Below are positions 10,540 to 17,866 of a DNA stretch of 64,000 nucleotides, piece after piece. Each line of letters starts with the position of its first letter. Positions within the stretch are counted from its first letter, which is position 1. The stretch comes from Patescibacteria group bacterium (lineage in GTDB: Bacteria > Patescibacteriota > Patescibacteriia > UBA10025 > JAHIVO01), in NCBI GenBank assembly GCA_018816445.1, contig JAHIVO010000061.1:305-64304 (forward strand), read 5' to 3'. A program made the position numbers and the translations under genes. Under the pieces are notes generated by a model, which was given only the letters and a program-made list of their open reading frames with translations, did not search any database and had not been told where the DNA came from.

Positions 10540-10568
10540 TGCCGGCACCAAAAGAGCCGGTATTTTTT
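10540..10568 (+). terminator. Attenuator terminator hairpin
   Basis: TGCCGGC-ACCAAAAGA-GCCGGTA then T6. The left arm can alternatively pair with TGCCGGCG at 10504-10511. Confidence 0.7.
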
Positions 10569-10672
10569 ATTCCTCCTTCGCCCTTCAGGCCACGGAGGAC
10601 TAGTAGTCTGGGGTAGTTCAATTGGTACCCCGTAAAGGATACGGGGCAGGCAACGCCGCAAGTCTATTAAAT

Positions 10673-10879
10673 TCTAGGGTAGTTTCCGCCAAAGGCGGAT
10701 CCGCCTATGGCGGACAATTGGCCCCGCCACAATGTTCTGGGATAGTTTAATTGGTAAAACCCTGCACTGTTAATGCAGTGATCCTGGTCCGAGTCCAGGT
10801 CCCAGAGTTTTGTGGCGGGGTAAAATAGAACGCTCCGCTGTTAACGGAGAGGTTGGAGGTCCAAGTCCTCCCCCTAGAG
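10673..10879 (+). tRNA. tRNA-Asn(GTT) interrupted by two D-arm insertions, one of which contains an intact tRNA
   Basis: TCTAGGG/CCCTAGA acceptor, GTTC/GAAC D-stem, CTCCG-CTGTTAA-CGGAG anticodon arm, GGAGG-TCCAAGT-CCTCC T-arm. Inserts at 10685-10714 and about 10722-10825; functionality unknown. Confidence 0.75.
10736..10807 (+). tRNA. tRNA-Asn(GTT), intact, innermost
   Basis: Full cloverleaf: TCTGGGA/TCCCAGA, GTTT/AAAC, CTGCA-CTGTTAA-TGCAG, CCTGG-TCCGAGT-CCAGG, G73, U1-A72. No encoded CCA. Confidence 0.92.
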
Positions 10880-10909
10880 TTCAGCGGGTAGATAAGTTAA
10901 CGGTAGTTT

Positions 10910-10972
10910 AGGTTCGCCCAATCATCCGATTGGGCGCCCCGTCGTATGACGGGGCAAGCCCTCCCCCTAGAG
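10910..10972 (+). pseudogene. Orphan tRNA 3' end with double hairpin in the T-loop
   Basis: AGG-TTC-[GCCCAATC..GATTGGGC][GCCCCGTC..GACGGGGC]-AAGC-CCTCC-CCCTAGA-G; same 3' end as the 10673-10879 tRNA. Confidence 0.6.
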
Positions 10973-11083
10973 TTCGTCAGGTAGTTAAATTGTATAATAT
11001 TTTGGTTCGCCGTGAACCACTAAAGGGTTCACGGCGCCATGTACCCTTGAGTGGTACATGGCGATCCCAGCCCCCAGAGTTTA

Positions 11084-11144
11084 GCAGGCTTGTCCCGTAG
11101 GAGCGTCAGCGACTTACGGGATTCGAATCCTGCTCCCCGAGCCA
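11084..11144 (+). pseudogene. Terminal tRNA 3' end with CCA, hairpin-interrupted; left boundary of the cassette array
   Basis: GCAGG-[CTTG TCCCGTAG..TTACGGGA]-TTCGAAT-CCTGC-TCCCCGA-G-CCA. Confidence 0.65.
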
Positions 11145-11443
11145 ATTGCCGAAAGTGACAACTTCTGTGGATAAGTCATAAAAGCCTTTAAATATCGGGT
11201 GAAAGTTGTACCCACTAGTTTTCTGTTTCGCAACTAAAATCTCCCCACCCAAGTAGGATTCGAATTTCTCATTCTTTTTAGCCTAAAATTCTTCCTTGTC
11301 CATCAGCAGTTTGAAGAGGTTTATAAGGTTTTCAGCCATGAGCCAGGCTTCGTCATCCGATATTTCTTCCCCATATTGCTTTTTGTAGATTTCCTTGAAT
11401 TTATCTATGTGATGTTGTTCAAGAGGCATTGATATCACCCCCT
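11135..11443 (+). repeat. ~310-bp cassette left-end repeat, copy 1
   Basis: Aligns along its length with 15443-15754. Confidence 0.9.
11283..11429 (-). CDS. 48-aa conserved small protein, copy 1
   Basis: MPLEQHHIDKFKEIYKKQYGEEISDDEAWLMAENLINLFKLLMDKEEF; GGGGGTG RBS; the second copy differs almost only at synonymous sites. Confidence 0.8.
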   Translation of the reverse strand: MPLEQHHIDKFKEIYKKQYGEEISDDEAWLMAENLINLFKLLMDKEEF

Positions 11444-11538
11444 CACTTATGCATGATTAATTGTTACTTCCAGCAATTGACAATATCCCGTCAGCTGTCA
11501 GAATTAAGGTATAATTACATAAAATTTTAGTGATCAAA

Positions 11539-11925
11539 ATGAGCAAAAAGAACGTCGTCACATTGATTATTATACTTATATTTGGGCTAACTTGGGGTAT
11601 GAGTAGTATTTTTTATATCAACGGTTTTTGTGAAGACACGCATTTAAAAACCAACGAGACATTTACAGAGACACCCACTGATATTAGTCGTCCATGTGCG
11701 TATACAATGCCAGGGTCAATCTTGGCGTTTCCTGCCTGGCTGACTGCGCGATTTATTACGCCTGACGGCATTATTGTCTATAACGGTCCAAATAACGATA
11801 CTGACAATCCCGTTTTATATATCCTCTCCGGGTTAATTGGTATGCTCGTTGCAGGGATTGTGTGGCTGATATTATACGCACTGTTACTTCGTAAGACGCC
11901 GAAAGCGCAATCAAATGCGACGTAG
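11539..11925 (+). CDS. Hypothetical membrane protein
   Basis: N- and C-terminal hydrophobic helices with a Cys pair between them. Confidence 0.65.
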   Translation: MSKKNVVTLIIILIFGLTWGMSSIFYINGFCEDTHLKTNETFTETPTDISRPCAYTMPGSILAFPAWLTARFITPDGIIVYNGPNNDTDNPVLYILSGLIGMLVAGIVWLILYALLLRKTPKAQSNAT

Positions 11926-11941
11926 CATTAATAGTAAAATT

Positions 11942-12370
11942 ATGGAAAACCAACAACCTCAGCGGCCAACACTCAAGTCGGAAATACCTAAGAAGTGGTT
12001 TTATAGATATTTTGGATTAATTTTTATTTTGTTTGGATTTATTTATTACTTAATACTTCCATTTATTTTTGTTTTACTTGACCCCTCACCTGATAGGTAT
12101 CATTGCCCGTCGGAATTTACTGAATTTTCAGAATATATTTATACACCTCCAATTTCGTTGATTATTTTAATTATTCTTTTTATCGTCACTTTAATAATTA
12201 CCATACTGAGATATTTACCAAAATATAAAAATAACTCCGATATAATTTTTATTTATAAAAGAATTAATTTTATTGTATTTATTCTGTTTGTCATTTTTTA
12301 TTTTATAGCAATGCTTATTGTAGTCCCAATGGAATTTTTACCTGCAGAGGGGTGGGTTTCTCCTTGTTAA
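11942..12370 (+). CDS. Hypothetical membrane protein
   Basis: Three predicted TM segments; very AT-rich. Confidence 0.65.
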   Translation: MENQQPQRPTLKSEIPKKWFYRYFGLIFILFGFIYYLILPFIFVLLDPSPDRYHCPSEFTEFSEYIYTPPISLIILIILFIVTLIITILRYLPKYKNNSDIIFIYKRINFIVFILFVIFYFIAMLIVVPMEFLPAEGWVSPC

Positions 12371-12440
12371 TATAAATAACCAAAAATACATCTCATTAAA
12401 TTGGGGGATGTCCTTTCTTCGTTGTACAACTTATTTTTAA

Positions 12441-12494
12441 TTAAGTTGTTACTTCCCGCAAATAGGTTCTAACGTCCTCTACGACCCCGAGCCA
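12441..12494 (+). repeat. att-like cassette right-end repeat 1
   Basis: TTAAGTTGTTACTTCCCGCAAATAGGTTCTAACGTCCTCTACGACCCCGAGCCA. Confidence 0.85.
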
Positions 12495-12610
12495 TCATTT
12501 CACTCCCATAAACATTGACCTTTCTGACATAGGCAAGTAGGACACTCGAACCTTCACTAGAAAAGCCAGTAAATACAGGGATATAAATTATCATCTGTGG
12601 ATCACTGATC

Positions 12611-12639
12611 TTGACAGATTGCCGTATCCATGGTAGCAT
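12611..12639 (+). promoter_or_regulatory. Sigma70-type promoter upstream of the DGR target
   Basis: TTGACA-17 nt-TAGCAT with TGn extension. Confidence 0.6.
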
Positions 12640-12830
12640 CCATTGTTACTTTCCGCACTTTGTAATCCAAGAGCTAAAATCACGTTACCTCTTCATTTAA
12701 GAGCGGCTCCTTGCTGTAATCTCCGGACAGAGATTTCCAGAGAGCTGTTCTTAAATAACCGAAAGGTATCGCCTGGAAACCACAGTGGTTGACAGGCAGA
12801 TGTTTTTCAAAAACCAAGGAGGATGACGCC

Positions 12831-13448
12831 ATGGCAAAGACCATGACCCCATCTATGACTGATGGCCAGATTGACAAGGTTGTCGAAAACATCACAGCAG
12901 GGTTTCGCAAGAGACTTCGCGATCACAGGGATGAACTATCTTCAGACACAGTTCAAACCGTCCTCGGCCAGAAGGATTTTATTTCTGCCCTGTTCGCCGA
13001 GTTTCGCCAGCGCGTGGAAGCGGTCAGCAACATGATCGTTCGTAAGGTCAAGGTGGATCGCACCAGAACCTCGCAAGAGGCGCTGGACGTGACAGGACGT
13101 AAGCAGTATACCGACGACGATGTTGTGAAGTCCATGCCGAACGGCAAGGGCGATGAAACCGAGGTTATTTTCTTCAAGGTAGGTCGTACAATAAGTGACG
13201 ACGATCTGGAGAAAGAATATGAACTGCGCGGCCTGGTACCGGCTGATCCGTATTCACTCTGTGCCGTAAATGGAAATGATCCGGCGTTTGCCGATGAACA
13301 TCCCAATGGCACCCACTGGAAAGATTCCAACGGAAAATGGTGTTTCGCCTCCTTCGGCCGGTGGATCGACGAGCGCGGGGTGAGCGTCGACCGCGACGGT
13401 CGTGACTGGGCTGACTGCTGTTGGTTTGCCGGTGTCCGCAAGAATTAG
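12831..13448 (+). CDS. DGR target (variable) protein, probable C-terminal CLec-like fold
   Basis: AAGGAGG RBS before ATG 12831. The 3' end is the VR and ends WFAGVRKN. The fold is inferred from DGR precedent. Confidence 0.9.
   Translation: MAKTMTPSMTDGQIDKVVENITAGFRKRLRDHRDELSSDTVQTVLGQKDFISALFAEFRQRVEAVSNMIVRKVKVDRTRTSQEALDVTGRKQYTDDDVVKSMPNGKGDETEVIFFKVGRTISDDDLEKEYELRGLVPADPYSLCAVNGNDPAFADEHPNGTHWKDSNGKWCFASFGRWIDERGVSVDRDGRDWADCCWFAGVRKN
13344..13441 (+). repeat. DGR variable region (VR)
   Basis: 98-nt ungapped match to the TR; 17 mismatches, all opposite TR adenines. Confidence 0.97.
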
Positions 13449-13498
13449 GCACTTGGTCGCTTGAACGCATGGCACTTGATTGGTGCCCTTGGATACTA

Positions 13499-13533
13499 CA
13501 CTCTGCATGAGCTTGCTCATGCAGAGTGATTTT
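13499..13533 (+). terminator. 14-bp hairpin downstream of VR (DGR cis hairpin and/or terminator)
   Basis: CACTCTGCATGAGC-TT-GCTCATGCAGAGTG then ATTTT. Confidence 0.7.
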
Positions 13534-13781
13534 TATCTGACAACGTGATATAATTTTATTTGGAGAGTAAGCGATTCAGCTTGCGGGCACGCCTGCAGGC
13601 GGCTGAAATCCGGATCATTGGGAAAGCCGGAATGCCTGTGGTTATGGCGACAGGCAGCGCGCTCCTTGATTCAATACCAACAAAGATACTTGGTGCAATA
13701 TGCTGGCGGAGCTTTTCTCCCGAATAAAATACAGCCCGGAGAGAATTCAACGGGCAGTGGTACGGAAGGCATGTTGCATAA

Positions 13782-13879
13782 TTCGCCAACTTCAACCGGT
13801 GGAACGACGAGCGCAAGGTGAACGTCAACCGCAACGATAATGACTGGAATGACAACTGTTGGTTTGCCGGTGTCCGCAA
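13782..13879 (+). ncRNA. DGR template region (TR)
   Basis: AAC/AAT-rich copy of the VR; shares the 3' end CTGTTGGTTTGCCGGTGTCCGCAA. Confidence 0.95.
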
Positions 13880-13901
13880 CTATCTTTTTTGGAGCAATCC
13901 G

Positions 13902-14309
13902 CTATTTTGGCGGATTGTTTTTCATCAGTTGTTTTCGCCACCCGCCCAGCATTTTTCCAACCTCTACCAATGGAGGCGTGAGTTGGCTATATTTTCTGGT
14001 ATCCAGAACTTTCATTTCCCAGGCGATCTGCAGGAAAAATTTTAGGGCATCAAGCTTGGTTGAAGCACGCTCCACTACAGAGAGCTTCTTTTCCCTGGGT
14101 GAGTATCCGGCCAGAAGAATTAGTTCCAGAGCATCATAAAACAGCAGGTCAATCTTAGACCCGAGCGTAAAGCGGGACAGCCGCGGCAGGTTCGTCAAAT
14201 TCGCGTGCCATAACCTATACCCTGCCGCCAGTTTCTGTATAATGGGAATATCGACCGACAAATCCCTGGGGGGGGTAATCTTATTAATATGAAAACGCTT
14301 TTGACTCAT
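13902..14309 (-). CDS. avd: DGR accessory variability determinant (Avd-like four-helix bundle)
   Basis: LPRLSRFTLGSKI...LDALKFFLQIA...EVGKMLGGWRK; start codon uncertain. Confidence 0.88.
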   Translation of the reverse strand: MSQKRFHINKITPPRDLSVDIPIIQKLAAGYRLWHANLTNLPRLSRFTLGSKIDLLFYDALELILLAGYSPREKKLSVVERASTKLDALKFFLQIAWEMKVLDTRKYSQLTPPLVEVGKMLGGWRKQLMKNNPPK

Positions 14310-15284
14310 GGGTTTAAGGATATTGTATCGATAGACAATCTATTGTCAGCCTGGCGTGAGTTTGTCCCGGGCAAAGCCGGGAAAAAGGATGTCAGGGAAT
14401 TTTACCGCCATCTGGCTGATAATATTATATCACTCCACGAGGAGCTTGAAAACGACACTTACCGACATGGCGGGTATATTCACTTCAGGATCTCCGATCC
14501 CAAGCCTAGGGATATTCACAAGGCAACCATCCGGGACAGGCTGGTGCACCATGCCATCTATCGCGTACTCTACCCCTTTTTAAGTGATACATTCATCGCC
14601 GATTCATATTCCTGCCAGTTGGGAAAGGGAACGCATCGGGCTATCAGAAGATTCCGGACTTTCGCCGGTCAGGTAAGCAGAAACAATACCCAAACCTGCT
14701 GGATATTAAAATGCGATATCAGGAAATTCTTTGCCAGCATTGACCATGCTATATTGATGAATATGCTAAGTGAGTATATTACTGACCAAAGAATTAATAC
14801 TTTATTGCGCGAGGTTATCCAGAGTTTCTGCTGGCAACCGGGCAAAGGTTTGCCGCTTGGCAATCTGACATCCCAGTTGTTCGTTAATGTGTATATGAAT
14901 GAGTTTGACCAATTCATGAAACATACATTAAAAGTCAAGTATTATCTGCGTTATGCTGATGATTTTGTTGTAATGTCTGATAACAGATCGTGGTTAAAAG
15001 GACTCATACCGATTATCAGTAATTTTCTGACGGTCAAACTCAAACTCACGCTTCATCCGAGCAAGGTATTTATTAAAACACTGGCTTCAGGAGTTGATTT
15101 TCTGGGCTGGGTGCATTTTCCGTATCATCAGGTACTCCGCACTTCCTCCAAAAGGCGCATGTTAAACAGGATTACTGAAAACCCGGAAACATCTACTATG
15201 CAGTCATATTTGGGTCTACTACAACATGGCAATGCATACAAGCTGGCAGAGCAGGTGATTAATCAGACCTATCTATGGAAGTAA
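14289..15284 (+). CDS. DGR reverse transcriptase
   Basis: KPRDI, RDRLVHHA, GKGTH, KCDIRKFF, GLPLGNLTSQ, RYADDF, GVDFLGW; 331 aa with no maturase or endonuclease domain. Confidence 0.97.
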   Translation: MKTLLTHGFKDIVSIDNLLSAWREFVPGKAGKKDVREFYRHLADNIISLHEELENDTYRHGGYIHFRISDPKPRDIHKATIRDRLVHHAIYRVLYPFLSDTFIADSYSCQLGKGTHRAIRRFRTFAGQVSRNNTQTCWILKCDIRKFFASIDHAILMNMLSEYITDQRINTLLREVIQSFCWQPGKGLPLGNLTSQLFVNVYMNEFDQFMKHTLKVKYYLRYADDFVVMSDNRSWLKGLIPIISNFLTVKLKLTLHPSKVFIKTLASGVDFLGWVHFPYHQVLRTSSKRRMLNRITENPETSTMQSYLGLLQHGNAYKLAEQVINQTYLWK

Positions 15285-15398
15285 CCTTATCCACATTTAT
15301 TGTTGGAATACGCAATTGCAAACAAAGTGATTGAAGTATACAGTAAGATTGGGGCACGAGAATATTTCTTAATTTATTTAAAACAGTTTTCAGGAGAA

Positions 15399-15452
15399 TT
15401 AAGTTGTCGCTTCTCGCAAAAAAGTTCTAACGTCCTCTACGACCCCGAGCCA
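15399..15452 (+). repeat. att-like cassette right-end repeat 2
   Basis: TTAAGTTGTCGCTTCTCGCAAAAAAGTTCTAACGTCCTCTACGACCCCGAGCCA. Confidence 0.85.
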
Positions 15453-15754
15453 ATTGCCTAGAACGACAACTTACTGTGGATAAGTCATATTAACCTTTAA
15501 ATATCGGGTGAAAGTTGTACCCAAGAGTTTTCTATTTACGCAATTAAAATCTCCCCACCCAGGTAGGATTCGAATTTCTCTATCTTTTTAGTCTAAAATT
15601 CTTCCTTATCCATCAGCAGTTTGAAAAGATTTATCAAGTTATTGGCCATGAGCCAGGCTTCGTCGTCCGATATTTCTTCTCCATATTGTTTTTTGTAGAT
15701 TTCCTTAAATTTATCTATGTGATGTTGTTCAAGAGGCATTGGTTATCACCCCCT
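15443..15754 (+). repeat. ~310-bp cassette left-end repeat, copy 2
   Basis: Aligns with 11135-11443. Confidence 0.9.
15593..15739 (-). CDS. 48-aa conserved small protein, copy 2
   Basis: MPLEQHHIDKFKEIYKKQYGEEISDDEAWLMANNLINLFKLLMDKEEF. Confidence 0.8.
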   Translation of the reverse strand: MPLEQHHIDKFKEIYKKQYGEEISDDEAWLMANNLINLFKLLMDKEEF

Positions 15755-15823
15755 TTGTATAAAAAAACAAAAAACTACTGTAGGTATTGCTTACAGTAGC
15801 CAATGTAAAAAGTTTAACTTAGT

Positions 15824-16153
15824 TTAAATATTTTTAAGCTCTTCAAAATTAACCTCTGGAATTTCAGTGTTTAGTTTTCGTTTGCTGTTCTTTTGTTTTT
15901 CAACAATTGCAAACATCTGATTTACTTCAGGAGATATGTTTTGATAGCTCACTTTTTTAAAGTTCCAGAATTTGTTATGCTGGTCTTTAAGTTGTAGTAA
16001 TTCATGCGCGGCCGAGCGAGAAATAAAAGAGATATTTGAGAAATCCAAAACTACACGACGGTCTGTAGTTTCCTGAATCCGCTGTTTTATAATGCTAATT
16101 ACATCCCTCGATGAGAGCATTGGGGATATATCTTTTAATGCAATATTATTCAT
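15824..16153 (-). CDS. STAS-like (DUF4325/anti-anti-sigma-like) protein
   Basis: LSSR...VVLDFSNISFISRSAAHEL. Confidence 0.8.
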   Translation of the reverse strand: MNNIALKDISPMLSSRDVISIIKQRIQETTDRRVVLDFSNISFISRSAAHELLQLKDQHNKFWNFKKVSYQNISPEVNQMFAIVEKQKNSKRKLNTEIPEVNFEELKNI

Positions 16154-16194
16154 ATATAATCATTATATCACAGTTATATTGTGGATATCCAATT

Positions 16195-17037
16195 TTACTC
16201 TGTATAGGGTGTTATGTCAATAGGACCTTTGGGATAAGGTATTTGATAGGAGATAATAACTCCTTGCCAGTAGAAATTTGGGAGCTGTACAATTACTTGT
16301 TTACCTTGTGAACCTAAAAAGACGCTATTACCAGTGAGAAGTAAAAATTGGCCACCTAGTGCTTTCCTAACTACCAACTGTGATGTACTTAATCCGTAAC
16401 CTCTTCCTTCCATTTTTTTGGTTGACTGTCCTTGAAATGCACGTCGAATTGCTTCATCGTCACCAACTTCTTGTTTCTGAACATCAAAGTATCTTCCAGC
16501 AATGCCCCTGCCGGTGTCAATTATACAAATATCTAATAACTTCTTCTTCGGATAATGTTGTGCAAATATCCAACCATAATTCTTTTGGCTATGTTCGAAT
16601 ATGTTGCCGACTAATTCGCTAATAGGGTACAAGATTGCATTGCTTGCACCCGCTACATTACCTGTTAGTTTTTCGATAATTCTATAAAAATTACTTTCCA
16701 GACCTTGTCTACTTGTTTCGTCTGCTTTCTTAAGAAAACCAATTGGAATTGTATAGCTTAATAAGCTCAATTGATTGGCATTCTCTATTCCATTAGGAAA
16801 AGAAATATCTCTTAAATATCTCTTTACTTGTTCTGATTGAGGTTGTTGATAATTGCTCTGATATTCTCTAACGTGGGCACACACAGTAAGTGTTAATAAA
16901 GGGTGCATCCAAGTACAGGACGATAATCGAAAATTAACTGGATTTTGTTTTATCCCTTTAAAAGTATCATATAGAGCTTTGATTTGATCTTTAAGGTCGT
17001 CAGATTTAGGATTGTTGACCCTTACTTCCTTTAGCAT
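16195..17037 (-). CDS. HATPase_c (GHKL) ATP-binding protein, anti-sigma kinase-like
   Basis: ELVGNIFEHS (N box), DTGRGI (G1), GRGYGL (G2); start 17037 or 17076. Confidence 0.85.
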   Translation of the reverse strand: MLKEVRVNNPKSDDLKDQIKALYDTFKGIKQNPVNFRLSSCTWMHPLLTLTVCAHVREYQSNYQQPQSEQVKRYLRDISFPNGIENANQLSLLSYTIPIGFLKKADETSRQGLESNFYRIIEKLTGNVAGASNAILYPISELVGNIFEHSQKNYGWIFAQHYPKKKLLDICIIDTGRGIAGRYFDVQKQEVGDDEAIRRAFQGQSTKKMEGRGYGLSTSQLVVRKALGGQFLLLTGNSVFLGSQGKQVIVQLPNFYWQGVIISYQIPYPKGPIDITPYTE

Positions 17038-17091
17038 TAATATTTTATTATAGATTATTTGTATATAGTATACCATCTAGTAATTAATCTT

Positions 17092-17143
17092 TTAAGTTGT
17101 CTCTTCCCGCAAAAAAGTTCTAACGTCCTCTACCACCCAGAGC
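17092..17143 (+). repeat. att-like cassette right-end repeat 3
   Basis: TTAAGTTGTCTCTTCCCGCAAAAAAGTTCTAACGTCCTCTACCACCCAGAGC. Confidence 0.8.
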
Positions 17144-17290
17144 TGGGTGCTTATGCGCAGTGAAAGACGAAATATTGTTTCGTCTTCTTTGGATTGATTT
17201 TAATCCCTTTATGAGGGATAATATAGGCGGGATTACTTGGTTATTATTGAAAATCATGCTGAAGCGAAAAATTAAAATAATCAATAATTT

Positions 17291-17866
17291 ATGGCTAAAA
17301 AGATAAAACCTAATTGGGAAGCTTATCCCGTATCTGATAATGCCTTAGATGAAATGAATTTTCTTTTACTTTGCCCGAGATGTTTAAAAAAGACAGACCT
17401 TACTGATTATACCGTGAAAGTAGGAAAGAAAAAAAGAAAGAAAAAAATGACCATGCCTATCTGCCAGCCGTGCAAGAAGGCGGCGGTTCGGAAATTAAGA
17501 AAAGAGATGTTAATAATATTTGCTATTTGGGCTCCGGTGTCCTGGGGTCTTTTTATAGTTTTAGCAAAAACAGGTATTCTGGGAAGAACTATAGAAGCCT
17601 TGGGATTTCCTTGGGGGCTATTTCTTCCGGCGATTTTGCTTGGGATACCCCTGTATGCCCTGTACCTGCTTATTAGTTGCTTTATTCCTCCGAAAAAAGG
17701 AGGTTGGCCAATTGAATTGAAAGAACCATTATGGTCTCTCATGTTTGAAAACGAGACTTATGTCAGAGAGTTTACAAAGGCCAACGTCCAAAGGCTTAAT
17801 AGTGTTACGAATTACAACGTCGAGCCGCCTGAAGAGTTAATGAAAGATGGTCGTCTGCTTATCTAA
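17291..17866 (+). CDS. Hypothetical membrane protein with CxxC...CxxC
   Basis: CPRC/CQPC followed by two TM helices. Confidence 0.65.
   Translation: MAKKIKPNWEAYPVSDNALDEMNFLLLCPRCLKKTDLTDYTVKVGKKKRKKKMTMPICQPCKKAAVRKLRKEMLIIFAIWAPVSWGLFIVLAKTGILGRTIEALGFPWGLFLPAILLGIPLYALYLLISCFIPPKKGGWPIELKEPLWSLMFENETYVREFTKANVQRLNSVTNYNVEPPEELMKDGRLLI

Larger units (their letters stand above)
10607..11079 (+). pseudogene. Outer tRNA-Asn-like shell, hairpin-interrupted, enclosing other tRNAs
   Basis: 5' TCTGGGG-TA-GTTC-AATTGGTA at 10607 pairs with CCCCAGA-G at 11072-11079. Hairpins lie after the D-loop (10628-10646) and in the T-loop (11008-11063). Confidence 0.6.
12831..15284 (+). mobile_element. Diversity-generating retroelement (target-VR, TR, avd, RT)
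   Basis: VR/TR pair with adenine-only mismatches, Avd homolog and DGR-type RT. Confidence 0.97.

Noticed and set aside
10600-11144. CRISPR array or group I intron explanation for the repeated structure
   Set aside because: No constant repeat-spacer period and no cas genes; inserts are 20-105 nt hairpins, too short for self-splicing introns and mostly not at the anticodon site
13556-14139. ORFs overlapping the TR (e.g. MNVNRNDNDWNDN..., 13818-14045)
   Set aside because: Translation of the AAC-rich TR and the avd antisense strand; no evidence that they are proteins
14289-15284. RT as group II intron, retron or Abi RT
   Set aside because: No maturase/endonuclease domain and no retron VTG motif; the TR/VR pair and Avd identify a DGR
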